Part shown: piece by piece, positions 37,789 to 47,400 of the stretch
How positions within the stretch are numbered: the stretch's first letter is position 1
How the letters are laid out: each line of letters opens with the position of its first letter
Assembly (NCBI GenBank): GCA_044233485.1
Contig: JBIIJY010000002.1
Coordinates: 8,047 to 72,046, forward strand
Reading direction: 5' to 3'
DNA length: 64,000 nucleotides
Origin: Minisyncoccia bacterium
GTDB lineage: Bacteria; Patescibacteriota; Minisyncoccia; Phycocordibacterales; UBA6065
Program-made: the position numbers and the translations under genes
Notes under the pieces: generated by a model
Seen by the model: the letters and a program-made list of their open reading frames with translations, nothing else
Told to the model about the DNA's origin: nothing
The model's database searches: none

Positions 37789-39129
37789 ATGCTCAAACTT
37801 ACCAACACACTCACCCGGACTCGAGAAGAGTTTCATCCTCATGACTCGAAACATGTAACCCTCTATCACTGTGGGCCGACTGTCTATGACCGTGTCCATA
37901 TCGGAAATCTCCGCACGTTCATCACCAATGACATTCTTCGTCGTGCTCTCGAAATTCTCGGATACTCAGTGACCCAAGTCATGAATATCACTGACGTCGA
38001 TGACAAAACGATTCGTCGCAGTCAAGAACAAGGAATCACACTCTCAGAACTAACAACTCGATATGAAGATATTTTTCTTGATGATCTGCGAAGTGTGAAT
38101 ATTCTCGCCCCACATCACCTTCCTCGAGCGCGGACTTACATTCCACACATGATCTCCTTCATCGAGGACTTACTCACAAAGGGGTTTGCGTACAAAGCTG
38201 AGGATGGTGTTTATTTTTCTGTGGCAAAATCGGCCGGCTACGGCGCTCTCGCTCATATACATCTTGACCACGCACAGTCTGCGGGTCGATCACGGATTGA
38301 TGAGTATGACAAAGACAGTGTCGGTGATTTTGCGCTCTGGAAATTTGTCACTCCTGAGGATGGTGCAAATTTTTGGCCTTCACCGTTTGGTGATGGTCGC
38401 CCAGGGTGGCATATTGAATGTTCAGCCATGTCACAAGCCCTCCTTGGTGAGACCATCGATATTCACACCGGTGGTACTGACTTATGCTTCCCACATCACG
38501 TGAACGAAATCGCTCAGAGTGAGGCACATACCGGAAAACCATTTGTTCGCTACTGGGTACATGGTGCTTTCTTGAATTTGAAGGACAGTAAAATGTCAAA
38601 ATCAAAAGGTAATATCCTCACTCTCGGCACTCTGGTAGAGGAAGGATACTCTCCTCTAGATTTTCGCTACCTGACCTTGGGCGCTCACTACACCAGTCTG
38701 CTTGACTTTAGTTTCGAATCACTTGCAGCAAGTCGAACCGCTCGACGACGAGTCAAGGACACTATTGTTAAACTTCCGGAAGGTGGCGCGCTCGTATCTG
38801 GATACACCGAGCGGTTTGTCGCCGCCCTTGAGGATGACATCAACGCCCCGAAAGTGCTTGCCCTTCTGCATGAACTACTCGCTGATCCAGACGTGATTGA
38901 TAAAGATAAAAAGACTACAGCACTCTATCTCGATTTCTTCCTCGGACTTGAACTGGGTATACCCGATCAGACAGAGCTTAGTGAAGAAGTACTCAAGCTG
39001 GCACATGAGCGCCACGAAGCTCGCACACGCAAAGACTGGAAAACATCTGACGAGCTCCGTGCTAAAATAGAATCATACGGCTACCATGTTCTCGATACAC
39101 CATCTGGACAACACATCACAGAAGAATAG
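37789..39129 (+). CDS. cysS: Cysteinyl-tRNA synthetase
   Basis: CGPTVY, HIGN, DFALWK, GRPGWHIECSAM, KMSKSKGN. Confidence 0.97.
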   Translation: MLKLTNTLTRTREEFHPHDSKHVTLYHCGPTVYDRVHIGNLRTFITNDILRRALEILGYSVTQVMNITDVDDKTIRRSQEQGITLSELTTRYEDIFLDDLRSVNILAPHHLPRARTYIPHMISFIEDLLTKGFAYKAEDGVYFSVAKSAGYGALAHIHLDHAQSAGRSRIDEYDKDSVGDFALWKFVTPEDGANFWPSPFGDGRPGWHIECSAMSQALLGETIDIHTGGTDLCFPHHVNEIAQSEAHTGKPFVRYWVHGAFLNLKDSKMSKSKGNILTLGTLVEEGYSPLDFRYLTLGAHYTSLLDFSFESLAASRTARRRVKDTIVKLPEGGALVSGYTERFVAALEDDINAPKVLALLHELLADPDVIDKDKKTTALYLDFFLGLELGIPDQTELSEEVLKLAHERHEARTRKDWKTSDELRAKIESYGYHVLDTPSGQHITEE

Positions 39130-40264
39130 CCTGGCGCGCTTCTTTATGCTCACCAGTGTCGGGCTTTTCGCCTCGCTGTCATTTGTCTCCCTTGAGCTAG
39201 CCGATTCTTCTCTCGAGTCTCAAAAAGCCTCTCTGTTTGAGGCAGCCACGAGCACAGCTACCACGACAGTCAAAACCCTTCCCGCTCGTGCTTCACTGGC
39301 ATTTGTCGGCGATATTATGCTCGACCGTGGGGTACGACTCAAGATCAACACTGCAGGTGAGGCATATGTGCGTGGTGAATCAGCCAAACTCCTTGAACGC
39401 TACGATAGTGTGATTGGTAACCTCGAGGGGCCTATCACAAGCAGCCCTTCAAAAACTCTTTTTGCCGATGGCACGACTGGTAAAGCTCTAACTTTTACCT
39501 TCCCGACTTCATCACCAAAATTTCTCCGTTCTCTAGGAATCGACATAGTATCACTGGCCAACAATCACACACAGAACTTTGGCGAAAAAGGACTTCAGGA
39601 AACAAAGAAACTTCTTCTACAAGGCTCGACAACCATTCCTTATTTTGGTGACCCTGAAAACCTAACCGAAATCTCTACGACGACCTGCATTAATGCATAC
39701 TGCTTCGGACTGATTGGTTTTCATCAGTTTAGCGACTTTAGTGAGGAACGCTTCATTAAAGAAATTCAAACCCTTGGCAAAACTACTGACGCTGTATTTG
39801 TCCTGCCACACTGGGGTGAAGAGTACAAAAAAAATCCGACTGCCGAGCAACGGCGACTCGCACGGAGCTGGATCGATGCGGGAGCTGACGCAATTATCGG
39901 AAGTCATTCACATATCATCGGACAAGTAGAGATCTATAAAGAAAAACCAATTTTCTATTCACTCGGTAATTATCTCTTTGATCAGTATTTTTCATTCGAG
40001 ACACTTCACGGCCTGATTGTTAGTGCTGATTTCACTCCACGAGAGACCCGATGGCGACTGACACCGGTCTCAAGTAAGCAGGTTCGCATCAGTTCGCCAG
40101 GAGTAGCACTCAGTGAAGAAATCCTCGACGATCTCGCGCGCGCTTCTAAAGACACTGTCCCCGCTAAACTCCTGCCAGGACTGGCCGAGGGTGAGCTCAT
40201 ACTTGCTGGCCTTCCTCGTAGTACAACCACACTAAGCCTTGCCACTTCCACACCTCTAAAATAG
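39086..40264 (+). CDS. CapA/PGA-cap family metallophosphoesterase
   Basis: FVGDIML, GNLEGP, SLANNH, HWGEEY, GSHSH, YSLGNY. Confidence 0.88.
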   Translation: MFSIHHLDNTSQKNSLARFFMLTSVGLFASLSFVSLELADSSLESQKASLFEAATSTATTTVKTLPARASLAFVGDIMLDRGVRLKINTAGEAYVRGESAKLLERYDSVIGNLEGPITSSPSKTLFADGTTGKALTFTFPTSSPKFLRSLGIDIVSLANNHTQNFGEKGLQETKKLLLQGSTTIPYFGDPENLTEISTTTCINAYCFGLIGFHQFSDFSEERFIKEIQTLGKTTDAVFVLPHWGEEYKKNPTAEQRRLARSWIDAGADAIIGSHSHIIGQVEIYKEKPIFYSLGNYLFDQYFSFETLHGLIVSADFTPRETRWRLTPVSSKQVRISSPGVALSEEILDDLARASKDTVPAKLLPGLAEGELILAGLPRSTTTLSLATSTPLK

Positions 40265-40624
40265 ATCTTTAAGTTTCTGCCACCACCCTTTCTCGGTTGA
40301 AACATCTAGCACTTGTTTGTTTTGATCCTCAGGAAAGACGATAAGTACTTCGCCTGGTGCGGCAACATTGAAATTGCGACGATACTCTTCCTCGATTCCT
40401 TTTTCTGTCTTGAGGCGATCAACTCGTCGAGTCAATTCTTCTCGACGGGTACGGACAGCCTCGAGCTGGCGCTCCGCACTCTGATATTCTTGCTTTGAGC
40501 GAGTATATTTTTGAAACACCTTGTAGACACCCTGACCGACGAGAATCAGTAGTATTAAAAGAACTATCCCAGTAACTGGTGAATAAAAAAACTTCGCTGC
40601 TGGCCGTCGACGGAGGCTCTTCAT
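40256..40624 (-). CDS. Septum formation initiator (FtsB/DivIC-like)
   Basis: TM plus coiled coil plus IEEEYRRNFNVAAPGE; start trimmed to MKSLRR. Confidence 0.8.
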   Translation of the reverse strand: MKSLRRRPAAKFFYSPVTGIVLLILLILVGQGVYKVFQKYTRSKQEYQSAERQLEAVRTRREELTRRVDRLKTEKGIEEEYRRNFNVAAPGEVLIVFPEDQNKQVLDVSTEKGWWQKLKDLF

Positions 40625-40705
40625 ACCTTCCAAGTATACCTCATATCGATAGCCCGCCTGTGTACAGAATTCACAGAAAGCAGCTTTTTTGCTATAGTAA
40701 TCAAC

Positions 40706-40819
40706 ATGATTTTCAATCAAAATAGTCAAAAATTTATTAAATTTGTCTGGATCATTGTTGGCGTGCTCGTCGCAATTGCAATGGTTGTCCTCTACTCTTT
40801 CCCGAGTCTCTTTCAATAA
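40706..40819 (+). CDS. 37-aa single-TM small protein (missed by the ORF track)
   Basis: MIFNQNSQKFIKFVWIIVGVLVAIAMVVLYSFPSLFQ*; TGnTATAGT 7 nt upstream; 2 nt from the next start. Confidence 0.65.
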   Translation: MIFNQNSQKFIKFVWIIVGVLVAIAMVVLYSFPSLFQ

Positions 40820-40821
40820 GT

Positions 40822-41667
40822 ATGTATCGAGTGCTTGGTAAGACCATCCTTGCCCTCACTGCCATCATCATTGCTTCGGCTATTTTGTGGCGTACCTCGA
40901 AAACTCCCTCACTTGAGCGTACCTGGAATACTGATCAGGCGATTCTCCCTACAATTTATGAGTATGAACCTGGTGTATTTCAAATCAATTCAATTCGAAA
41001 TTTCAGTTACACCAGCACAACGACATATACTCCCGCATACTACAACAAGACTTTTGTACTTAATGACCTGCACCGCGTGTGGTTTGTTGTCGAGCCATTC
41101 GCTGCAAGTAAAGACGGAGCAGCACACACCCTTCTCTCTTTTGAGTTTGCTTCGGGAACAAGTAGTAGCGAGTTCCTAGCTATTTCGGTAGAGATCCGTA
41201 AAGAAGTCGGCGAAAGCTTTTCAGCACTCAAGGGGTTGTTCAATGAATACGAACTCATGTACGTACTTGCAGACGAACGAGATGTCTTGGGTCTGCGTGC
41301 AAACCATCGCCGTGACGACGTCTATCTCTATCCAATACGCACCACTCCCGAACAAGCCCGAGCACTCTTTACCACCATGCTCGCTCGAACAAATTCTCAA
41401 ACACGGAAACCTGTCTTCTATAATACCTTTACAAAAAATTGCACGACTGAAATCTGGAGTGCAGTAAACTCCATTCGTGATGAGCGGATTCCCTGGACAA
41501 AAGCTCTCATCCTTCCCGCCTACTCTGACAAGGTCGCCTATGATCTCGGACTTATTGACACCTCACTCACCTTTGAGGAAGCAAAGAAAGAATTTCTCAT
41601 CAATGAACGTGCATGGCTGGCTTCAACGAGCCCAGACTTCTCAGCACGTATTCGCTCGAGAGACTAA
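40822..41667 (+). CDS. DUF4105 / Lnb-N-like domain protein
   Basis: IRNFSY, AHTLLSFEF, ISVEIRKE, YELMYV, FYNTFTKNCTT. Confidence 0.82.
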   Translation: MYRVLGKTILALTAIIIASAILWRTSKTPSLERTWNTDQAILPTIYEYEPGVFQINSIRNFSYTSTTTYTPAYYNKTFVLNDLHRVWFVVEPFAASKDGAAHTLLSFEFASGTSSSEFLAISVEIRKEVGESFSALKGLFNEYELMYVLADERDVLGLRANHRRDDVYLYPIRTTPEQARALFTTMLARTNSQTRKPVFYNTFTKNCTTEIWSAVNSIRDERIPWTKALILPAYSDKVAYDLGLIDTSLTFEEAKKEFLINERAWLASTSPDFSARIRSRD

Positions 41668-43502
41668 TTATCGAGTCGCATCATTTTTACAAAGACTTCC
41701 TGTGGAATTGAGACACTACCGTGTTCCTTCATACGCTTTTTACCTTCTTTCTGCTGCTCACGGAGCTTCATCTTTCGAGTAATATCACCACCATAGAGAT
41801 GCGCAGTGACGTTTTTCTTCATTCCAGAGAGTGTCTCTGAGGCGATAATACGTCCTAGGGCTTTTGCTTGAATCTTAAAAGTAAACATTTGCCGTGGGAG
41901 CACCTGGGCAAGCTTTTCTACACTCGCCTTAGCTTCCTCCTCGACTCGTCGGCGAGAGACGACACGTGTAAATGGCAAAACTGGCTCATCAGCGACGAGT
42001 ATGTCCATACGTACCACATCTGCGGGCATCAAGTCGCTCACCGTATATGAAAGTGATGCATATCCCGAAGTAACACTTTTGACCTTATCGAAAAAACCAC
42101 GCATCAGCTCTCGCAGAGGCATCTCTGCTTCTACTGACGTACGAGTCTGACTAAACTGCAATGTCTCACCTTGTAGTGCCTCGTGTTCAAAGAGAAGTGT
42201 TGAGAGCTTGCCCACATACTCATGTGGAGTCATGATCTTGAGCTTAATCCACGGCTCATGCACTTCGGCGACATTACCATCATCAGGAAAAAGTGATGGC
42301 GAATAGACGATTTCGGTTGTACCGTTTTTGAGTTTTACATGGTAGGTAATACTCGGGGTTGTGACGACCAGCTCAAGATTGAACTCACGGCGCAGACGCT
42401 CAGTAATGATCTCGAGGTGAAGCATTCCCAAACAGCCGATACGGTATCCACGACCGAGCGTACCAGAAGATTCCTCTTCGTAGGTAAACGCAGAGTCCGA
42501 GAGTGAGAGTCGTGCCAGTGCTTGGCGGAGCTGGTTGAAGTCGTCTTGATTCTCAGGGTAGATCGAAGCCCACACCATCGGCACTGGCTTCATGTATCCA
42601 GCTAGTTCCGGGCGGCGTGATGAGTCGTGTGCGACCGTATCACCCACTGAAGCAACACCTGGCTCTTTCACGCCAGTCACAATGTAACCGATCTCGCCTG
42701 GGAGCAGTCTGTCCACCTCGACTTCATCAGGAGTAAAGATTCCTGTTTCAAGAGCAATGAATGTCTTGTCGGCAATGGTGAATTTCAATTTCTCTAGACG
42801 AGAGACTTCACCAGAAACTACTCGGACGTAGACGATAACACCTTTGTGATTTGAGTATTGAAAATCAAACACCAGGGAACTCAAAGTCTTTTCTTCTGGG
42901 TACGGATCTTGAGGTGCTGGAACCTTGCGGATCATTTCATCAAGAAGAGCGAGCACTCCCGCTCCAGTCTTACCCGACACTTCAAGGATCGTGTCCGGAG
43001 TCACGCCGAGCACATCACAGATTTCAAGCTTCACTTCATCGACTTTCGCCAACGGTGAATCGATTTTTGACACAACGGGGATGATGGTGAGCCCAGCCTC
43101 TTTCGCCATTCCAAGCACCGTAAGCGTTTGCGCCTGCACACCCTGAGTAGCGTCGACGAGCAGAATACACCCCTCGACAGCTCGCATCGCCCGAGATACT
43201 TCGTATGAAAAGTCGATATGCCCTGGGGTATCGATAAGGTTTAGAAAGTATGGACGAGCTTTTCCAGATTCGTCAGTGAGCCGTAATGATTCGTCTTGTG
43301 GTGTATAGACAATGCGCACTGGTTGCATTTTGATCGTGATTCCACGCTCACGTTCGAGCTCCATCGAATCAAGAACCTGTTCCTGCATTTTACGCTTCTC
43401 GATTGTCCCCGTCAGCTCCAACATACGGTCAGCCAGGGTCGACTTTCCGTGATCGATGTGGGCGATGATGCTGAAATTTCTAATGTGAGGTATCGCTTTC
43501 AT
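41664..43502 (-). CDS. lepA: Elongation factor 4
   Basis: IRNFSIIAHIDHGKSTLADR, DTPGHIDF, GCLGMLH, YGGDITRK. Confidence 0.97.
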   Translation of the reverse strand: MKAIPHIRNFSIIAHIDHGKSTLADRMLELTGTIEKRKMQEQVLDSMELERERGITIKMQPVRIVYTPQDESLRLTDESGKARPYFLNLIDTPGHIDFSYEVSRAMRAVEGCILLVDATQGVQAQTLTVLGMAKEAGLTIIPVVSKIDSPLAKVDEVKLEICDVLGVTPDTILEVSGKTGAGVLALLDEMIRKVPAPQDPYPEEKTLSSLVFDFQYSNHKGVIVYVRVVSGEVSRLEKLKFTIADKTFIALETGIFTPDEVEVDRLLPGEIGYIVTGVKEPGVASVGDTVAHDSSRRPELAGYMKPVPMVWASIYPENQDDFNQLRQALARLSLSDSAFTYEEESSGTLGRGYRIGCLGMLHLEIITERLRREFNLELVVTTPSITYHVKLKNGTTEIVYSPSLFPDDGNVAEVHEPWIKLKIMTPHEYVGKLSTLLFEHEALQGETLQFSQTRTSVEAEMPLRELMRGFFDKVKSVTSGYASLSYTVSDLMPADVVRMDILVADEPVLPFTRVVSRRRVEEEAKASVEKLAQVLPRQMFTFKIQAKALGRIIASETLSGMKKNVTAHLYGGDITRKMKLREQQKEGKKRMKEHGSVSIPQEVFVKMMRLDN

Positions 43503-43605
43503 GTATAGGCTCAATCATAGCAAAAAACGGCTTTTTTGCGAGCTTTTAGACGAAATCCACACAGTATGGATGGACTTTTACTTAATTTTGTGCTATTATA
43601 TAAGT

Positions 43606-43783
43606 ATGAATAGATTCCGCCAGACAACACATATGGTTTCAAAGACATGCGGGGTGATCGTTGCATCCCTCGTCTTTTTTGCAACTCTATTTGTTTCTGG
43701 CCGTGATTTTTTGAGAATTTTCCATAAACTCTAAAATCTAACTTTCTTTTTTGAGAAATCCCGGCTGGATGCCGGGATTTTTT
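43606..43783 (+). promoter_or_regulatory. Leaderless 42-aa ORF (43606-43734) plus terminator (43756-43783) upstream of the GNAT gene
   Basis: TGGACT-17-TATTAT promoter 6 nt before the ATG; AAATCCCGGC-TGGAT-GCCGGGATTT-TTT. Confidence 0.5.
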
Positions 43784-43835
43784 CGTTAGAAAAACGGCTC
43801 CAGCAAATAACAAACAACTATTCGTATAACACGTT

Positions 43836-44423
43836 ATGGATACACAAAACACACCTCCCTACTTCATGAAGGGGCCTCGGGTCGGCCTTGCTCCGACGAG
43901 CATGGACAATCTACATCTCTACATGAAGTGGGCAAATGATCCTGAAGTGCGAGAGTTTCTTGCTCATTCAACCCCGTTATCGGAAAAGAAGGAACGGGAA
44001 TGGGTCGAATCCTGCAACTCTAAGGACACTCAGATCTCTCTGACGATCTATGTGCTCGATACGCATACCCCGATCGGTAATATCACACTGGGTTACAACC
44101 CAGTGACTAAAGTGGGTAACACTGGCGCGATGATCGGCGAGAAGGATTATTGGAACAAGGGCTACGGCACGGAGGCGAAAATGCTTCTACTTAAGTATGG
44201 TTTTGATCATCTTGGCTTGCGCAAGGTTAACAGCGCTGTCTGGTCGAGCAACCCGCGTAGCCTCGCCTATCAGAAAAAACATGGAGCACAGGTGATCGGT
44301 GTTCGTAAGAAGCAATCACTTCGTGGCGGTGTATATGTGGATGAGATTCTTCTTGATACCTGGGCGAAGGACTTTAAACGAGTCTGGAAAACCTGGTCTC
44401 GGGGTAAGTCTATTACCATGTAA
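43836..44423 (+). CDS. GNAT acetyltransferase, RimJ/RimL family
   Basis: KWANDPEV, IGEKDYWNKGYGTEA, LGLRKV, SNPRS. Confidence 0.9.
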   Translation: MDTQNTPPYFMKGPRVGLAPTSMDNLHLYMKWANDPEVREFLAHSTPLSEKKEREWVESCNSKDTQISLTIYVLDTHTPIGNITLGYNPVTKVGNTGAMIGEKDYWNKGYGTEAKMLLLKYGFDHLGLRKVNSAVWSSNPRSLAYQKKHGAQVIGVRKKQSLRGGVYVDEILLDTWAKDFKRVWKTWSRGKSITM

Positions 44424-44463
44424 TACGAAAACTCACATCACGAGTCCGTGGTGTGAGTTTTTA

Positions 44464-47400
44464 TTACTTTTTTATTGTATACCCCCACCCTTGCAATAGC
44501 AGACGGGTCTGGAGCTCGAGAAATTCAAGCAGTGCGCGCTCAGTATTTATTCCAAACGTATTTGTTTCTTTACCTGGGGCACCGACTCCTGAGGGAGCCA
44601 CTCTGAAACCGGTAGAATTTAAGAAAACTTGTAACTCTCTTACACTTGTACTCCTTTGAATAGGTGTCTGAACTGGAGGTAGCGATGTTGTCTGTCTCTG
44701 ATTTGAAGGAGGATTTACCTGAGGGATGGTGTTTACCTGAGGCACGACAGGAGTCACTGCCGTCGGCCGAAACAAGGTACTGATTGTACTGATAAATCTT
44801 CGTGTACGACTTGATCCACCAGAAGCACTCGAGGAAGTTCCAGGCGTAGAAGAGACAGTACTTACCGTACTCACCGTAACCACCGAAGAGAGCGCTGAGT
44901 AGTTCCCCGCACCATCATAGCTTCGAACGGAATAGAGGTATGAAGCTCCACTTGAGAGACCTGTATCTGTGAAAGTAATAGCTGTTGTCGTAGCAATCGG
45001 TGCTCCACCTCGATAGACGACATACCCGACAACACCAGACGCAGTTCCACCGCTAGTACCACTGTCGGTAGAGCTTGCCCACGTAAGTGTAATTTGAGTT
45101 GTAGTAACTTCACTTGAAATGAGGCCAGTAGGGACACTTGGCGCTGTAGTATCAGGAACATCTGCGACTGTATAAATAAATGACTGACTTGTTTGGTTTA
45201 CCCCATCACTCGCGGTCACTCTGATCGATGTTGTACCGACTTGCCCGTTGAGCGGACGAACCACCATCGACCATGTCCCTGTGGCAAAGTTGAAGCTAAC
45301 ATTCTGATTCGGAACTAGTGAAGTATTTGACGAAATGACAGAGAGAGTCAAATCTCCAACAAGCGTCTGGTCATCGGTCACTGAAATAGCTATTGGACTC
45401 GAGCTCGCACTGATAACCCCTTGTGCAGGTGGAAGCGCGTGCAGTACAGGAGCTGCATATACCGTGAGGCTTTGGTGAGCACCCTGACTATTGTTGTAGT
45501 AGCTACCACTAGGTGTAGTCTCAAGCAGCACTGCTCGTACCTGATACTGGGCATTGTAAGCATCAAATGTTGTTGTCGCTGAAGTACCTGTAACGAGTTG
45601 AGTAGAGACTCGCGTGTACGGGCCTGAGGTAGTATGAGCGCGGTAAATATGATACCCGAGAACAGTATCCGCTGATGCTGTCCATGCGAGCGAGACAGTC
45701 GTCGAGGATGTAGTTGCTACCACAAGACTTGTGGCTGGTTTCACCACGTCTGTGCGGAGGGTAGGGTCGCCGAGGAAAGCCATGTATGATGCACCACTTC
45801 CGCGATTACCAGAGTAGAGAATATTGTTCCCTACCTGATTGTTCTGTGACGCTAAAATACTTGCGCTCATCGGTTCTCCGATACCTGCTGGGTGGAAGTA
45901 CCAGTGTGGTCTACCTGACCAAACTGACGTCAGTGCCCCACCAGCACTTGCAAGAGGGGCTCGGAGGAAGTTGTCACTATTGTTCCAATCTCCGAAGTAG
46001 CTACCGAAGAGCATATTGAATACTCCGTATGTCGGAGCTGCCGCATAGTCACTTGAGTTCGCCACGCCACTTGCCCCTGTATATCCTGCCCCTCCAGCTC
46101 CATATACCCACTTGTAGTTAATTGTCCGTATATTGTTTAGAAAATCAGCAGATGATGTTGATACGACAATATTATCACCACCAATGAGTGGTGAAAAACT
46201 TCTCCACCCACTAGCTGCAAATGCCTCACCACCAAAGACTCCAAAGTTATCAGACAGGAATGCTCTGTCGACTGTCGTGTAGTTACCGATACGGTAATTA
46301 TGGTTTCTGTTTAGATATTGTTCATGTAGAGCATTTGCAGTACCGAATGATCCCATACTTCGTAGATCGAGTCTTCCGACTGCAATTTCAATATTGCTAT
46401 TAGCCGTGACTGCGCTAAGGCTCTGGTCAAACTTTCCATCACCTGGTACGTTGTCATTTATCGTACCGGTAGAGGATGTGTTGTTTACGGTTGAGTCAGT
46501 CCATACCGCATTCATCTCTCCATAATATGCATCTGCTGGCCACGCTCCTCTATGATCAGAGTGTCCATCTGGATTAATGTTTCCAGAATATGGCACCGGT
46601 ATTGCACCCACAAGGAACACTGCTTTGACGTTAGTTGGATCTGCATCATAGTGCCCTTCTATCAGTGTCTTTACAGATGATACGGTCGCCGTACTATCGT
46701 CTACTTCCTCATATATCACCGTCCATCCGTCTCCTGAGAGGTCTAGTACCAGCTGATTCACTTCGTCAGTCATGGCCGCTACCGTTGCATCATCTACGAC
46801 GAGTATCACTTTTCCTCTGTCGTCTACGAGGGGTACTTCGATACCAGAATACAGATATCCATATGCGAACGTTCCTCCTGTTATATTCTTTACTACCTTG
46901 TATTCATATTTGGTACCCAGAGATATATTCGTATCAACGAATCTTCTAGATCCATACAATACTGAAGCAATTGAACTTCCCCAGTTGATATCTGTAGTAG
47001 CCTTTCTGTATATTGTGTAGCTTGTAACTCCCGACTCTAGTGGCCATTCAATTGTAATCGATGGGTCACCTGAATTTACAGTTACGTTTAGTTGTAATGT
47101 GTAGTTCTGCATTCCACCACTAGGAAGATCGAAAGATATACTTGCTCCATTGTTATCAACCGTAACAAAAGATTTAATTGCACCATAACTTGTACCGATC
47201 GCATTAGTTACATATGCTCTGTAGTAGTATTTTGTATTTGCTGTAAGACCCGTTAACCCACCACTGAATGATCCAGTACCAGAATATGTTCCGAGTGATG
47301 AAGTAGCAATTACACTTGAGAGCGTCGGTGATGTGCCATATGCAAACCCATGTGTTATCGTATCACTACCTCCGGTCGAGATGATGTCTCCATGTAGGGT

